Origin: Eledone cirrhosa
Lineage: Eukaryota
DNA length: 64,000 nucleotides
Assembly: GCA_964016885.1 (NCBI GenBank)
Contig: OZ024741.1
Span: 315,456,001-315,520,000, forward strand
Direction of reading: 5' to 3'
The position numbers were made by a program, and so were the translations under genes. Within the stretch, counting starts at the first letter, position 1. Every line of letters starts with the position of its first letter. Under the pieces are notes generated by a model, which saw only the letters and a list, made by a program, of their open reading frames with translations, had not been told where the DNA came from and did not search any database. Shown here piece by piece: positions 50,958 to 64,000 of the stretch.

Positions 50958-51038
<81 letters not shown>

Positions 51039-51659
51039 ATATATATATATTGTGTATGTGTGTGTACGTGTGTATGTGTCTGTGTGTACTTGCGTATGCG
51101 TGTGTGTGTATAAATATAGCTGCCAATATAGATATAAGAGTGGAATAAATTACTCGTAATTTGGTAAGATGCGATAAGCTCAATGTGTTAATAAAGTCGA
51201 CAGTATGCAGGAATCCAAGTCAATTGTATACACTAAAGGGTTAAGGTACTGATATATCGCTCTGAATATGCGCTGTTACCTCGAACTTGCGCACCACATT
51301 ATTTAACTATATACTTCTATATGGCGCAATGTCTCCTTTAATGCTTGTGCAAATACATTTCTCATTGGTTAAGCTTAATATTTTCTGCCTTACATTCGCG
51401 CTTCGAAAACTTGTATTGAATGTATTGTTTATATTTTATTAAATACAATGTTGATGAAACATAGGTTCATCACTATGAACCTGAATCCAAAGGACAGAGA
51501 ATGTAGTGGAAACACCTTGGCTGGTGCACACTGCTAGAGAAGCAGCCATGTTTACACTGTAACAGCAGCAAGAGAACTGGCGCGATCAAACTCGAACTCC
51601 TATCACGTGACCACAATAGTACCAACTATAAGCATACTCATGTATATATACAGTATATA

Positions 51660-52644
<985 letters not shown>

Positions 52645-52900
52645 ATTTACTTAACGCTTTTACACGGGAGAAAGTGTCGATTCTTACCCTGGCGGGAATC
52701 GGCCTCCAGGTCAACTCGTCCAAGTCGGAGGTGGTGAATGTGCACCACGATGCTGAGAGCTTTGCAACCTCCGTCTTAGACATGCGCTCCATTCTCCACC
52801 AGGTACACGTGACCCTCAATAGGATGTCCTTATCGTCGGAACACCGATCCACCCTCTGGCCATCCGCTCCACCATCAGGTCCAGGCTCCAGCAACTCCAG
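52645..52900 (+). mobile_element. GC-rich fragment of a non-LTR RT (CRE/NeSL-like) after (GT)n
   Basis: LAGIGLQVNSSKSEV resembles the GL.(L/V)N..K RT subdomain. Confidence 0.4.
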
Positions 52901-52917
52901 GCCCTCACGAGCCGACA

Positions 52918-53080
52918 AGGCCATCAATTACCCAGTACATTACTGGTACTTTATTTTATCGACCCCGTATGGATGAAAGACAAAGTTGACTTCGGCGGGA
53001 TTTGAACTCAGATCGTAAAGGGACGTAACTATGCTGGAAATCATGTCCGACCCTCTATCGATAATGCCAATTCACCGACC
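52918..53080 (-). mobile_element. tRNA-derived SINE
   Basis: Reverse complement of the SINE core and B box. Confidence 0.8.
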
Positions 53081-53245
53081 TTTTTTTCTATAATAATAAG
53101 CCTTCCAAATTAATTCCTTGTTGGCTGTCCTCTATAGTATATTTCAAATTTCTATTATAAAATGCTGTGGACACATCGTCTGCAGAGGCATTGCCTGATA
53201 AATGTCGATATTGACTCATGTTTTTTGTCATTCTTCTATTAACAG

Positions 53246-53443
53246 GGGAGGGCTTGAAAGATTTTACCATTGGAGTTAATACGGGAATAACCAATTTTAT
53301 AGAAATTCACTATCGAAGTAAAAGTAATGAACATTTAGAAAGCGTCATCAATGTTAGATTTAAGAAGCCAGCACTCGGGAGCATGCTCCAAATTTCTGCC
53401 AATAATAATAAGGTATTTACTTTATGTGAAGTCGAAATTATTG
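53246..53443 (+). CDS. Host gene exon, C-terminal half of the F-type lectin/F5-8-like domain
   Basis: taacag| acceptor, |gtgagt donor, 198 nt, phase 1-1; EGLKDFTIGV...VFTLCEVEII. Confidence 0.85.
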
Positions 53444-54871
53444 GTGAGTAAATCCCAGTTAAGTTGACCTATTCCATCAAATAATTTGTCCAGCGTTTTA
53501 TTATTTAAAGTGATTTTAGTCATAGGCCTTCACTCATTGCACCACCTACATAAGAATTTTAGACCAAAATATGGAAATCGAAGATAGCTTTCTGCATGCT
53601 ACTAATTTTATAGATGTGAGTCTCCAAATAGAACTTTACACCATAACCCCTATGACACATAAATATTAACTTAGACATTGATACTTTGGGTACACTCCTC
53701 CACCCCATAAATGTGCACATTCATACATATATACATACATAAACGCATGTATATATGTATAAAATATATAAAGTGAATAGGGTACTAGGAAAACCTAGGC
53801 ACAATCTGTTGGAATTCGGAAATTTGTTATATAATAATGTCTCTTACACGTTCTTCAATGCAGTGTTCTATCGCCTATGAGAGCTTAAATATTACGTTAT
53901 ATAATCCACTATCACTCAGTAGGTTTTTATATTAGCATTTCATCAGTTAGGTCTGGAAGAAAACTAAATTTCTATGGACCAGGTCACATTTTTATAGCAA
54001 ATAAACATGCAAACAGGCTGATCCTCATTGTATATAACGTCATATTTATCAGATGACAATCATACAAATTAAACATCAAATTAAGTCAATATAGATATAC
54101 ATACATGTCCACATTTCATGTGTACAAATTAATTGTTTCTAATTTAGGCACAAGGCCAGCAATTACCCAGTGTATTACACAAATTAATGAGAACAAAATT
54201 TTAAATTAGCCAAGCGATTGTGTTAGTACATACTACACTGGGAGTAACGACAAGTCGGTAGTGTATTTAGTAATTGGTTAACTAGAGTTCGTTGTTATCA
54301 CAAGAGGTGTAAATGGTTTACAGGCTTAGAGAGACGATACATAAATTTACTGGAATAATATCAAAGAAAGACGATGTGTTTCAAATTAATAAATTCGGCC
54401 GATAGTAGGCAGAAAGGGATATAAAGTTCAAGGAGTGAGATGAATGGAAAGATAGCGTGGCTGAAGTAAGTAATTTTGGGGACGTATAAATACGTGTGGA
54501 CCACAACTTATTTTTTAAAGACTTTCGCAAAATATTATCTGCATTAATATAGGATTCAATCCTACATCTCTGTGACTAATTTCACATTAATTCCAATATC
54601 CTTACACGTTCACACCAATTCCCCATTATTTCTCATGTATCTCTCTATTATCTTTTCTTTTTATCACAGCAATGGATATCCCATTCCTCCTTATTTTGTG
54701 TTTCAACCTATTAGCCCTCTTTAACACCTCCAAATTATCTACATTAATTATAAAATAAAGGGTAAGATAAAGATAGAAGAAAAGAAAAGTATGATTATCA
54801 TATTTAATGACCAAGCTAGGTATACCAGCGTATAAGAGGTCAAATTATTATACCCTTTATTTTATAATATT

Positions 54872-55580
54872 CTGGCTGAGGTACCCGGCTTCGCCCGGGA
54901 GAAGAGTTAAGAGAAAATGGATAAGAGAAAACCACTGTATTGGATGTGTTGTCTGGTATGAGGTGACACTGTAATGTGTGTGTGTGAGAGATAAAATAAA
55001 AACAATCATAAAACTTCCTTATTAGGCTGGGGCAGTAAACTGCCGATTAAATTGACCTTGGATTTTAAATGCTGTGAAATAGCCATAGTCAGTAAGATCT
55101 TTTTCAGCTCCAAAGGGCGTCATCAGAAACACAGCAATATACCGCATAACATTGGTTCTGAGGTGTTTAGCTTCGTTAATACGGACAGTAAGTAGTATAT
55201 GGATAAAAGCTGGAGGGTAGATTAATTTTAAATAGTATCAATTTTTCTTTGTTCTGTAAAATCAAAGCATGTAAAACGACTTTATAATAGCTAACGGAAT
55301 ATTGTTAAACCTTCAACTGATATACTTTGATCTATATTTAAGCCGATGTGGGACGTCTCTCTCTCTCTCTCTCTCTCTAACTCTGAATATCTAACACTTT
55401 ATTTAATTGTATCTCACTCTGTATAACGGCCTATCTTTCTCTTTCTGACTCTCCATCTGTGTCTCTCTCTCTTTAGATATGTGTGTATGTATTTGTGTGT
55501 GTGTAGTTTTCGTGTGATTCAACCAACCGACCAGCCAACCAACCAACCAATAAACATGTTTCTTTTATATTATATATAGA
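54872..55580 (-). mobile_element. Non-autonomous Helitron-like element
   Basis: - strand starts TCTATATA..; 3' hairpin CCCGGGCGAAGCCGGG followed by CCAG. Confidence 0.6.
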
Positions 55581-56389
55581 TTATTATTTATTTTTGTTCC
55601 ATCTGTCATAATATGCATTACTTCCCCTAATTATGTTATTCTTAATGATTCCTCTCTTATGAACTCTCTTGAGTAATATTGCACGCTATTTCTTTTCACA
55701 TCTATATTTATTTTTCATTCTACGATAATGAATAATAGTACCACTTCTCATCCTTTTTTAAATATCTCCTAAGTATATCAACAATAAATTCCTTTAAGAA
55801 CCATCTAATTGTCTCCCTTTCATCATATTTATGCTCCTTGCTATTTACACCTGCTTACTTCCTGTTTTATATTTCCTCCATTAAGTAAACGTTTAACTTC
55901 TTTGATTTTAGAATGTATTTTAATTCTGTTTTTGGTCCTTCGAATGATAAGTGGTATGCTTTGCCTCTTATTTATTTTTGTAGTCCCCACCATTAGTGAC
56001 ATGTATTTTTGAATGTTATTTATTTTCTTTTTGGTTCTGAAGGTGAGGTCATTTCTTAGTTCAGTTTTATTATCATCTGTCCTTATCGATTATATAATCG
56101 ATAATGTTTATTTTTTAAACTGAATTTTGATATGATTTCTGAAACAATTCTAAACCAATAAATATATTTGTTCAAAAATTCTGTACTGTATTCTCTAAGA
56201 ATTAATGCTTCTATTAATACTCTCCTGTACACTTTATGCTTCACATATATTTCTCTCGCTTACTTTCATTGTTCGCTTGTCTTGCACTTTATATACATTG
56301 AACACACTGTCCTCTTCACTACAGGCTTATAATTCCTACAACTAATCTCCTATCTCTCCTTGATTGTTTTGTACATATACTTTTGATAT

Positions 56390-56390
<1 letters not shown>

Positions 56391-56422
<32 letters not shown>

Positions 56423-58810
56423 GTTTAACGTCTATCATCCACGCTAGCATGGGTTAGACGGTTTTGTTCCTTTTGATGCGGGAATGGTCGGGAGACCATC
56501 TCTCGTTCGTACAGAAGTGTCTCTGGCAGGTTTTCTACGGTTGGATGCTCTTCCTAATACCAACCACCTTTACAGTGTGGACTGGGAGCCTTTTTACCGT
56601 GTCTCCTACACGACCACCTTACAGTGTGTCCTGGGTGCTTTTTGTTGTGTCATCGACACAGTGGACGAAAATGAGAGGATGGGTAGGGTGTGGGGGCGGG
56701 GTGTACATTGGGTTAAGAGGAGTCTACTGACTGTAGGTTTGTATGCAAGTGAAGGCGGGTATCCTGTACAAATGCATGGTGCCAAAGATCTCGATCCAGT
56801 GACATTGTCTTAGAGAGGTGTAAGTAAGGTCAGTTTTTATCACCTCGTCCTAGTTTGTTTCTTGGTCTACCCACTCCGTAGCTTCCATCAATTTTCATTG
56901 CCCTGCACTTTTTTATACATCTATCGTCCTTCATACGCATCACATGCCCATACCAACGCAATGTCCTCTCCAGAACACAACATTTGATACCTCTTATGTT
57001 TAGTCTCTCTCTCTCTCAATTCGTTTATGCTTCGCCGTTCGCGCACATTAATATTACACACCCATCGGAGCATGAAAGCTTCATTTATTTTTAATCTAGG
57101 CAGGTCTTCACTATACAACGCCCAGGTCTCACTATCATGTGATATCGTCGTTCGTATACATGCATCATACAATCTGCCTTTCCTTTTTAGAGAAAATACA
57201 TTGTGGCCAACAGTGGTATTAGCTCTCTGAACTTTTTCCATTCCGTTCTAACTTTTTGTACCCATAGTTTGCATTTGGGGCATAGAATGGAATTTCTACC
57301 TACACCTTTCTTACACTGAGCATGGCCATTTCCCAGAGGGCACTTGTGCCCTATTCACCTTTCTGCATACTAGAACTTTAGTCTTAGACAAGTTGACTTT
57401 AAGGCCTTTTGATTCTAGGCCATGCTTCCATGTTTGGAACTTCTCTAGTTCAGCCATGGATTCAACAATGAGAGTTACACCATCTTCATATAGAAGTTCC
57501 CATGGGCAGCCAGTCTTAAACCCTTCTGCTATAGCCTGTAGGACAATAATAAACAGGAGGGGTTAAGGACAGAGTCATGGTGAACCCCTACTATTACGCT
57601 AAATTCTTCACTATATGTATTGTTAATTCTAACCTTGCTGACTGTTCCTCTATACATGACTTGTATAGCTCTCACAAGCCATTCATCTACTCCTAGTTTT
57701 CTAAGGGCCCACCAGATTAAGGTGCGTGAGACTCTGTCAAAGGCCTTCTCCAAGTAAAAAAAAGTTAAGTAGATGGGTTTACTGTTAGCTAGGTACTTCT
57801 GTAGTTGCCGTACAAGGAAAAGAGCATTCGTGGTGCTTTTACCTGGCACAAACCCAAACTGCATTTCATCTAGATCAATTCGGACCCTAGTCAGTTGAGT
57901 AATAACTCTTTCTGTGACTTTCATGACCTGGTCAACTAATTTAATGCCGCTATAGTTTACTCTATCCAGGGCGTCTCCTTTGCCCCTGTAACAGTTGACG
58001 ATGCTGCTGCTACCCCAATCATTCGGTATGACCCCATTCCGTATTACTTTGTTTACTATCCAGGTGACCATTGTATGTCCTACCATTCCAGATACCTTCA
58101 ACATTTCAGCAACTATCCCCGGAGGCCCAGCTGCCTTGCCTGTCTTCATAGTTTTGATTGCCTTATTTACTATACTACCATTAACTTGCACAGCTGGTCC
58201 TTCTGTTGGATCGATGTTGGGCAGACTATCTTTATTCCATTCATTCTCCACATTCAGTAGTCTCTCGTAGTGACGCTTCCAAGCTACCTTCTTATCACTA
58301 TCAGTGAGGGCAAGTATACCATCGTCATTCCGGACACACGTCTCCCCGACAATATCACAATTCTCCTTGACACAGTACCTCACAATCCTGAATACCTCAC
58401 GTCTTTGGTCCTCCCGTTGTAGAATATGCTTGAACTTACTATCCTCTGCTTCCCTCTTTGCAAAGTATACTTGTTGTGTGGCTTCTCTCCTAGTTACCAC
58501 ACCCATCCTGTCATTCTTTCCAAGCGTGCTTTTTGCCCTTGATGGACTCCTCCACGTTACTGTTCCACCACCATGTCACTCTCCTCCCTGCTAACGGTCT
58601 GCTCCAGCCACAGATTTCATCAGTCGCCTTCAACCGGTTAACTTTCAAGAATTTCCACTGTTCCTCTATGTTGTATGTCTCTAATTGCTCTTCCTTACTA
58701 TCAAAAGCATCAAGTAATATGCTTTTAAATTTGTTACAGACTATGGAGTTGTTCAACTTCCATAATCTTCTCCTTAAGGTATTCCTCTGCCGGCAAATAC
58801 TTTGACCCGA
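56391..58810 (-). mobile_element. Degraded RTE-clade LINE with (GAT)n tail
   Basis: GKAAGP, NYSGIKL, QFGFVPGKST, LEKAFDRV; (CAT)n at 56391-56421. Confidence 0.85.
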
Positions 58811-58829
58811 CTTTGTGTGTGTGTGTGTA

Positions 58830-60072
58830 CTAGCAGAAGTACCCGGCGTTGTCCGGGTTAAAGAAAATATTGAAATGTCATTCAAAACGTTTTCTATGGT
58901 TTATTGAAAGTTCTAATATAGCTGTTTGTTTTATGTAACATATCATTTAGTTGCAATATGTTTTCATAATTAGTTTCTTTATTCCTTTCATATATTATCT
59001 CCGCTTGGGTTTTCATATCACTGATGAAATACAGTTGTAAATATTTTGGTTCTTCTTATGAAGGTGACTGAAGTAGGTCAATTCTATGATACACTTGTCC
59101 TTGGATCTTGAAAGTGGATATAAAACCACCATCATGGATGACAGTTGCACCAAATGATGTCATTTTGAAGAAAGTGTCTTGATTCACTAGTTGTACCAAT
59201 CAGCAGCCCCCTCAAGGGCTCTATTGCTTTCGGTAATAGTCTAAAATTAATCTTTTAATCTTTTCGTTTAAACGGCACAAACCAGTTGACTAACCGTTCA
59301 ATTTTTAGCATCACAATTTGAACAAATTTTGTTAATTGGGGAAATTAGAATTAAATGGTCTGAGGCATAGCCTTGTTGTGGATTTTAACTAAAAGCAGGT
59401 GCCTTCACTATTAAGTAGATTGAGAGTTACATTCTGCCTGTCTTCTCAGTTTGCGTAAAATATTCAGTACATTTGTTGAACTGTTGCATGAAGAATTGTA
59501 TGTATTGCCTAGATACACAAGGAAACAACTGTGGGGGAATTTTTACCCATAAGATGTGACCTGCTAGGCACTTAAAGCATTCATTGTATCATTTTTACAC
59601 ACGTATGTGTGTGTATGTTTGTTTGTGTATTTGTACGTGTATGTGTTTGATTTTATGTAAGAATGTTCAATATAAAATGTGTCAGTACATCTGTATATAT
59701 ATAAAAGCGAGGATGTGTGTGTGTCTGTGTACAACTTTGCATATTTAAGGCTTTTACAATTACCAACTGAATTTGACCAAATTTTCTGTGCACGTTGCAC
59801 AGGTCGCTAAGATTGTCACATCACAAATATTTTTCAAATCGACCCACGTTGAGCAATAAAAAATCGATATCAAAATTATCGGTAGCAAAATTGATGTAAG
59901 GGAGATAACAAACTTTATTGACAATCCTTATAAAAAGAGGAGATAACCAACTTTATTGACAGAAATATAAACATCAGATTCATTTGAAGATAAATCACTA
60001 ATATTATCGTTTGTTTCTTGTTTATTCTTTGTTGCATTTCAAACCCCGGGCAACGCTGGGTCACTCTGCTAG
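58830..60072. mobile_element. Two head-to-head non-autonomous Helitron-like elements
   Basis: Hairpin plus CTAG 3' ends at both outer edges (CTAGCAGAAGTACCCGGCGTTGTCCGGG / CCCGGGCAACGCTGGGTCACTCTGCTAG); TCTGTATATATATAAAA 5'-type end near 59690. Confidence 0.6.
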
Positions 60073-60252
60073 TCGTTCTAAAGCCCAGAGAGCCCTGGAA
60101 CGACTTGTGCATATCTGACATTTTAGTATTCTTGAATTTTGAGAGTTCTCCTTATCCTGGTTCAGAAGGAAATCCTCTCTTACCTTGCAAAATTTCACTC
60201 AGAGGCCCTGTATGTATACATATGTATTATTGATGTTTATTTTCTTGTATAG

Positions 60253-60396
60253 ATTGCAAACCTGGATATTACGGACGCATGTGTATAAATAGTTGTGAAA
60301 ATTGTTCAAGCAAGAAATGTGACAGTTATATAGGTCAATGTAATGATGGCTGTGTTCCAGGTTTTTTCTGGTATCATAAAGATGGAAAATGTATAG
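60253..60396 (+). CDS. Host gene exon, EGF-like repeat (DCKPGYYGRMCINSCENC...CVPGFFWYHKDGKCI)
   Basis: tgtatag| acceptor, |gtaagt donor, 144 nt, phase 1-1; not listed in the ORF track. Confidence 0.85.
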
Positions 60397-61899
60397 GTAA
60401 GTGAAATTTTCGCGAGAATAATTTACTATTTACCTGTTAGTCTTATAAATGTGGTGAATCGGAAGAATTGTTAAAGTGTAATAATAAATGTCTTGTACTA
60501 CATTTTCCGTCTTTTTGTGCTCAGACTTTAGGTTTTGTCGAGGTCTACTTTATATTTTATCATTTCGTTATGTCCTATACTGTTATGGTGATATATAAGC
60601 CTTCACTCGGTTTAACAGTAACACCTGGCCCTTGATTGCTTTAGTGGAGCCTACTCTCGTGTTATCATTTGGCCCGTGTCTCTAGTTTGACAACTTCGTG
60701 GGTATAAAAATGTAATTTTATGAGAAATAGACTTAATCTAACACCATGTTAACGCCAAACCTTATTCATGTGTGCTTTTCAGTCTGGTTTCCTTTTAGAG
60801 AATACTATAATCTTTTATCTCCTAAATTTGAGACGCTATAAAATTGATCATAGTCACTGTGCTTTTTGCCATGACTGAGCCAAAATATGTGAGGTAAACT
60901 GAAAAGCCAGTGAAGAAAGCTCCACAGAAATCAAAACTAAGCTTGTTTTCTTTTCTTCCGTCTGCAACTTTAGAAACATTATCTTTCAAATATAATACAG
61001 GGAACCTCTTCTCTTTCTAGTACAATTGCCCGTTGTAGTTTCACATTCGTCAACCTATAAAGCACAACCAGACATAAGAAGATTCTTTCAGGATTCTTAG
61101 ACTAAGGCTCAGTCTATTACTTGAAGAAAAATAGGATACACCATGACTCCAGTAACTAACTGGTACTACATATTATCGTTCGTAGAAAGGATGACATAGT
61201 TGATGTCTACAAAATCTGAACTGAGAATATAAATTACAACCACCTCAAGTTATTTTGTCGGCTGGTTTATTGATATTACCACTCTATTTAGTTTTATATG
61301 TCTAAGGGATGAGGAAAGACAGCGAACAGGCAGAGTCAATAGAACGTCGGATACAATATTTTGCGGTATTCGTTCGGGATGTCTGTGCTCCCTGAGTTCA
61401 AATCTACCATATGTTAACTTTGCCTTTCATCATTCGACATAAAAAGTACCAAGTTATTAATGGGGTTGATTTTTCTTCTGTATTTCTTATTTCCTCTCTG
61501 CCCTTCTCTGGAAAGAATCGATTGTGTTTAGACTAGGGGAAGTTATGGGCTAAGCCAGGTAGAAACAATGCTCCGATATATGCCGTTTGTCACTACTGTG
61601 ATGCTACAACTCTATCAATAGTTACAAGTCCATACACACAGTAGTATTCTAGGTAGAGACATTCCCTAATTGTCTCAAACAAAGGGAAATCCAGAATGGA
61701 TGGGCTCCAACAGATTTAAAGTGCCCAAGTCAAGCCAGATGTCCCTACGGTCCTACTAACATCATTTGATAATGCAATAATCAAGCATGAATTGAGTTTA
61801 GGAGGTATGATTCCATACATACATATGGCAGTATTCAGTCCGGAAGCATTTCCGATGATTGGCTCCACCAAATTCTACTCAGATATAAACAGGGCTATT

Positions 61900-62470
61900 T
61901 AAATTATTGGTATCCGAGTGATATTGCCCAGTGTGCTACCGGGAGACCCTACTATAACTTAGAAAATCACTATTTCGAAGTTAGGTCACACATTGATGCA
62001 TATATACCATAGGGTAATATTTACCAATTGATTCTATTTGGGGTGTTGGGTGGGGGGGGGGGCTTTTTTTAGGAATATAAGTTGATACATATGGTTTAAA
62101 TATATAACATTCAATAGTTAATGCAATAGTGATGTTCTTTTACAGAGGTTAATACATTAAATTAACTTCAAAATATATTACTGGAACGTATATCAAAAGT
62201 TAAACCACTGGCTCTATTCAATTTGTACTAGAAAGATATCTTATTGGTCTTTTCGAGTTTCGGTGATCTGGTATACTGAAAACGTAGCTAGCGAAGTGAA
62301 AACGTCGGTCCTTAAATATTCCCTGTAGCGGTCGGAATTTGTTCTCTTTATTATCTCTTCATTTATAGCCAGCACTCTCCACGTGTTCTTTATTATCTTT
62401 CTGGGCCACTTTTGATGGAATACATTTAGCTTTCTGATTTCTGGGTAGATAATGAAGGATATTTTCATAG
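61900..62470 (-). pseudogene. Possible highly degraded APE-type LINE fragment
   Basis: Only weak endonuclease-like motifs (VLAINEE). Confidence 0.3.
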
Positions 62471-63406
62471 ATGCAGTTTGATTGTTTGCGAATAGTTGAA
62501 GCTGATCTGAATGTATTTGCTAGAACACTGTAAACACCTTTTCGATACTGTTGTTGACGGCAAGTTCATTGTTATTATTGCCACTTCATCTTGACTGTGG
62601 ATTCGTTGACAGTGTTGTTGTTTATTATCTTCCCCTTTGTCTTATTTGTGTTGATTCGCACCCTGGTATTAGCATTTTCTTGCTGTCATGTTGATAGCTG
62701 ATGCAGATCTGCAGTTTTTCTTTGCGCTATTACTGCAATATTGCGAGCAGAGTCCTCTATTCGTGTCAACAAGCAACAGGACTAGCAAATCTAGCACCAA
62801 GAGCAGCAGCAGAATCAACATCACCACCATCACCACAAACACCAAGAGCAATAATCATAAAAAAAGCACCCAGGCGGACTCCAAAAATAGCTCTCCCACT
62901 CTACGTGATCCACAGACACACACATTCTTACACACACACTCTCCCATTCTCATCAGAACAGAATTCAAAGCCAAATGACTGATTCAGAAACCTCTTCTTC
63001 TCGTAATCAGGAAAAGTAGCCCCAAAAGCCCAAGTAATAAAAAAAAAATGAAACACAAAATTATAGAAACATACTACTCCATTCCAACACACTCCAGGAA
63101 ACATAGAAACCACTCCCTCAACAAATAGACACAGATACTACATCAGCATCCCCAGAAACACCACAGCCACTACTAACCACAGCAGCATCATCAACACTAC
63201 CTAGAAAACGAAAATACACACCACAGACAACGACACAGACACCAAGGTTCATGTTAGTAAGAAGGGCCAACGAAGAATTGTTGGTGCTCATAGCACGAAT
63301 TAGAGATATGAGAAGGGGAGATTTTTGGCATCAGCACTTTCAAACTGCCACAAACACTAATGATGGTGCAAACATCACTAGGCACCCACAAAATCATTTT
63401 AAATAA

Positions 63407-63785
63407 TTTCTTCTTCTTCTTCTTCTTCTTCTTCTTCTTCTTCTTCTTCTTCTTCTTCTTCTTCTTCTTCTTCTTCTTCTTCTTCTTCTTCTTCTTCTTC
63501 TTCTTCTTCTTCTTCTTCTTCTTCTTCTTCTTCTTCTTCTTCTTCCTGAGAGGTCCGTGAGAGCAGAATCTTTAAACACTCCGTCCAGCGGGTCCTGACA
63601 GAAGCAACCTTCTCCAACAGATCCGGCTGGATCCCCAAGTGAGACCAGACAAGCTCATGGATGTTATCCAACCATCTTGCTCGGGGTCTATCCTTGGGTA
63701 CTCTGCCGGTTGATTTTACCAGTAAAATCAATCCAGCTATTCTTTCCTGAGACATTCTAACCACATGCCATATTTCTTCCTATCA
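63407..63785 (-). mobile_element. RTE-like LINE 3' end with a long (GAA)n tail
   Basis: GRVPKDRPRARWLDNI C-terminal motif; (TTC)n at 63407-63546. Confidence 0.7.
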
Positions 63786-63904
63786 TTTCTGCAGGCCAAC
63801 GCTGATTTCTATCCTTTGGGGTAAACTTTAACTGACGCTGTCAGTGCCGGCATTTTGTTGTTTTAAATGCTTCCTTGTATTGAGTTATCCCCATTATTCT
63901 ACAA

Positions 63905-63935
63905 ATACACACACACAAACACACACAAACACACT

Positions 63936-64000
<65 letters not shown>
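63905..64000. repeat. (CA)n microsatellite
   Basis: Seen directly. Confidence 0.95.

Noticed and set aside
54180-56370. Possible additional degraded LINE fragments around the Helitron
   Set aside because: Too decayed to assign family or boundaries by eye

Overview
Eukaryotic, AT-rich, microsatellite-rich genomic DNA. The SINE, RTE and microsatellite content suggests an octopus/cephalopod, but this is inference. The window is almost entirely intronic to one + strand host gene, of which four phase-1 exons are visible: EGF-like, a split F-type-lectin/F5-8-like domain, and EGF-like again. The ~48-kb intron inside the lectin domain holds a dense retroelement nest. (i) R4/Dong-like RLE non-LTR elements of two families, one copy with an intact 1130-aa ORF, alternate with Tx1/L1-like APE elements at (TAA)n tracts, always in opposite polarity. 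(ii) A ~440-bp non-coding repeat carrying minimal hammerhead ribozymes (retrozyme-like) has a Naiad-like Penelope element, with its own hammerheads and an inverted pLTR, inserted in its (TA)n tract. (iii) tRNA-derived SINEs, RTE remnants and non-autonomous Helitrons fill the rest. No prokaryotic features, rRNA, tRNA or CRISPR were found.
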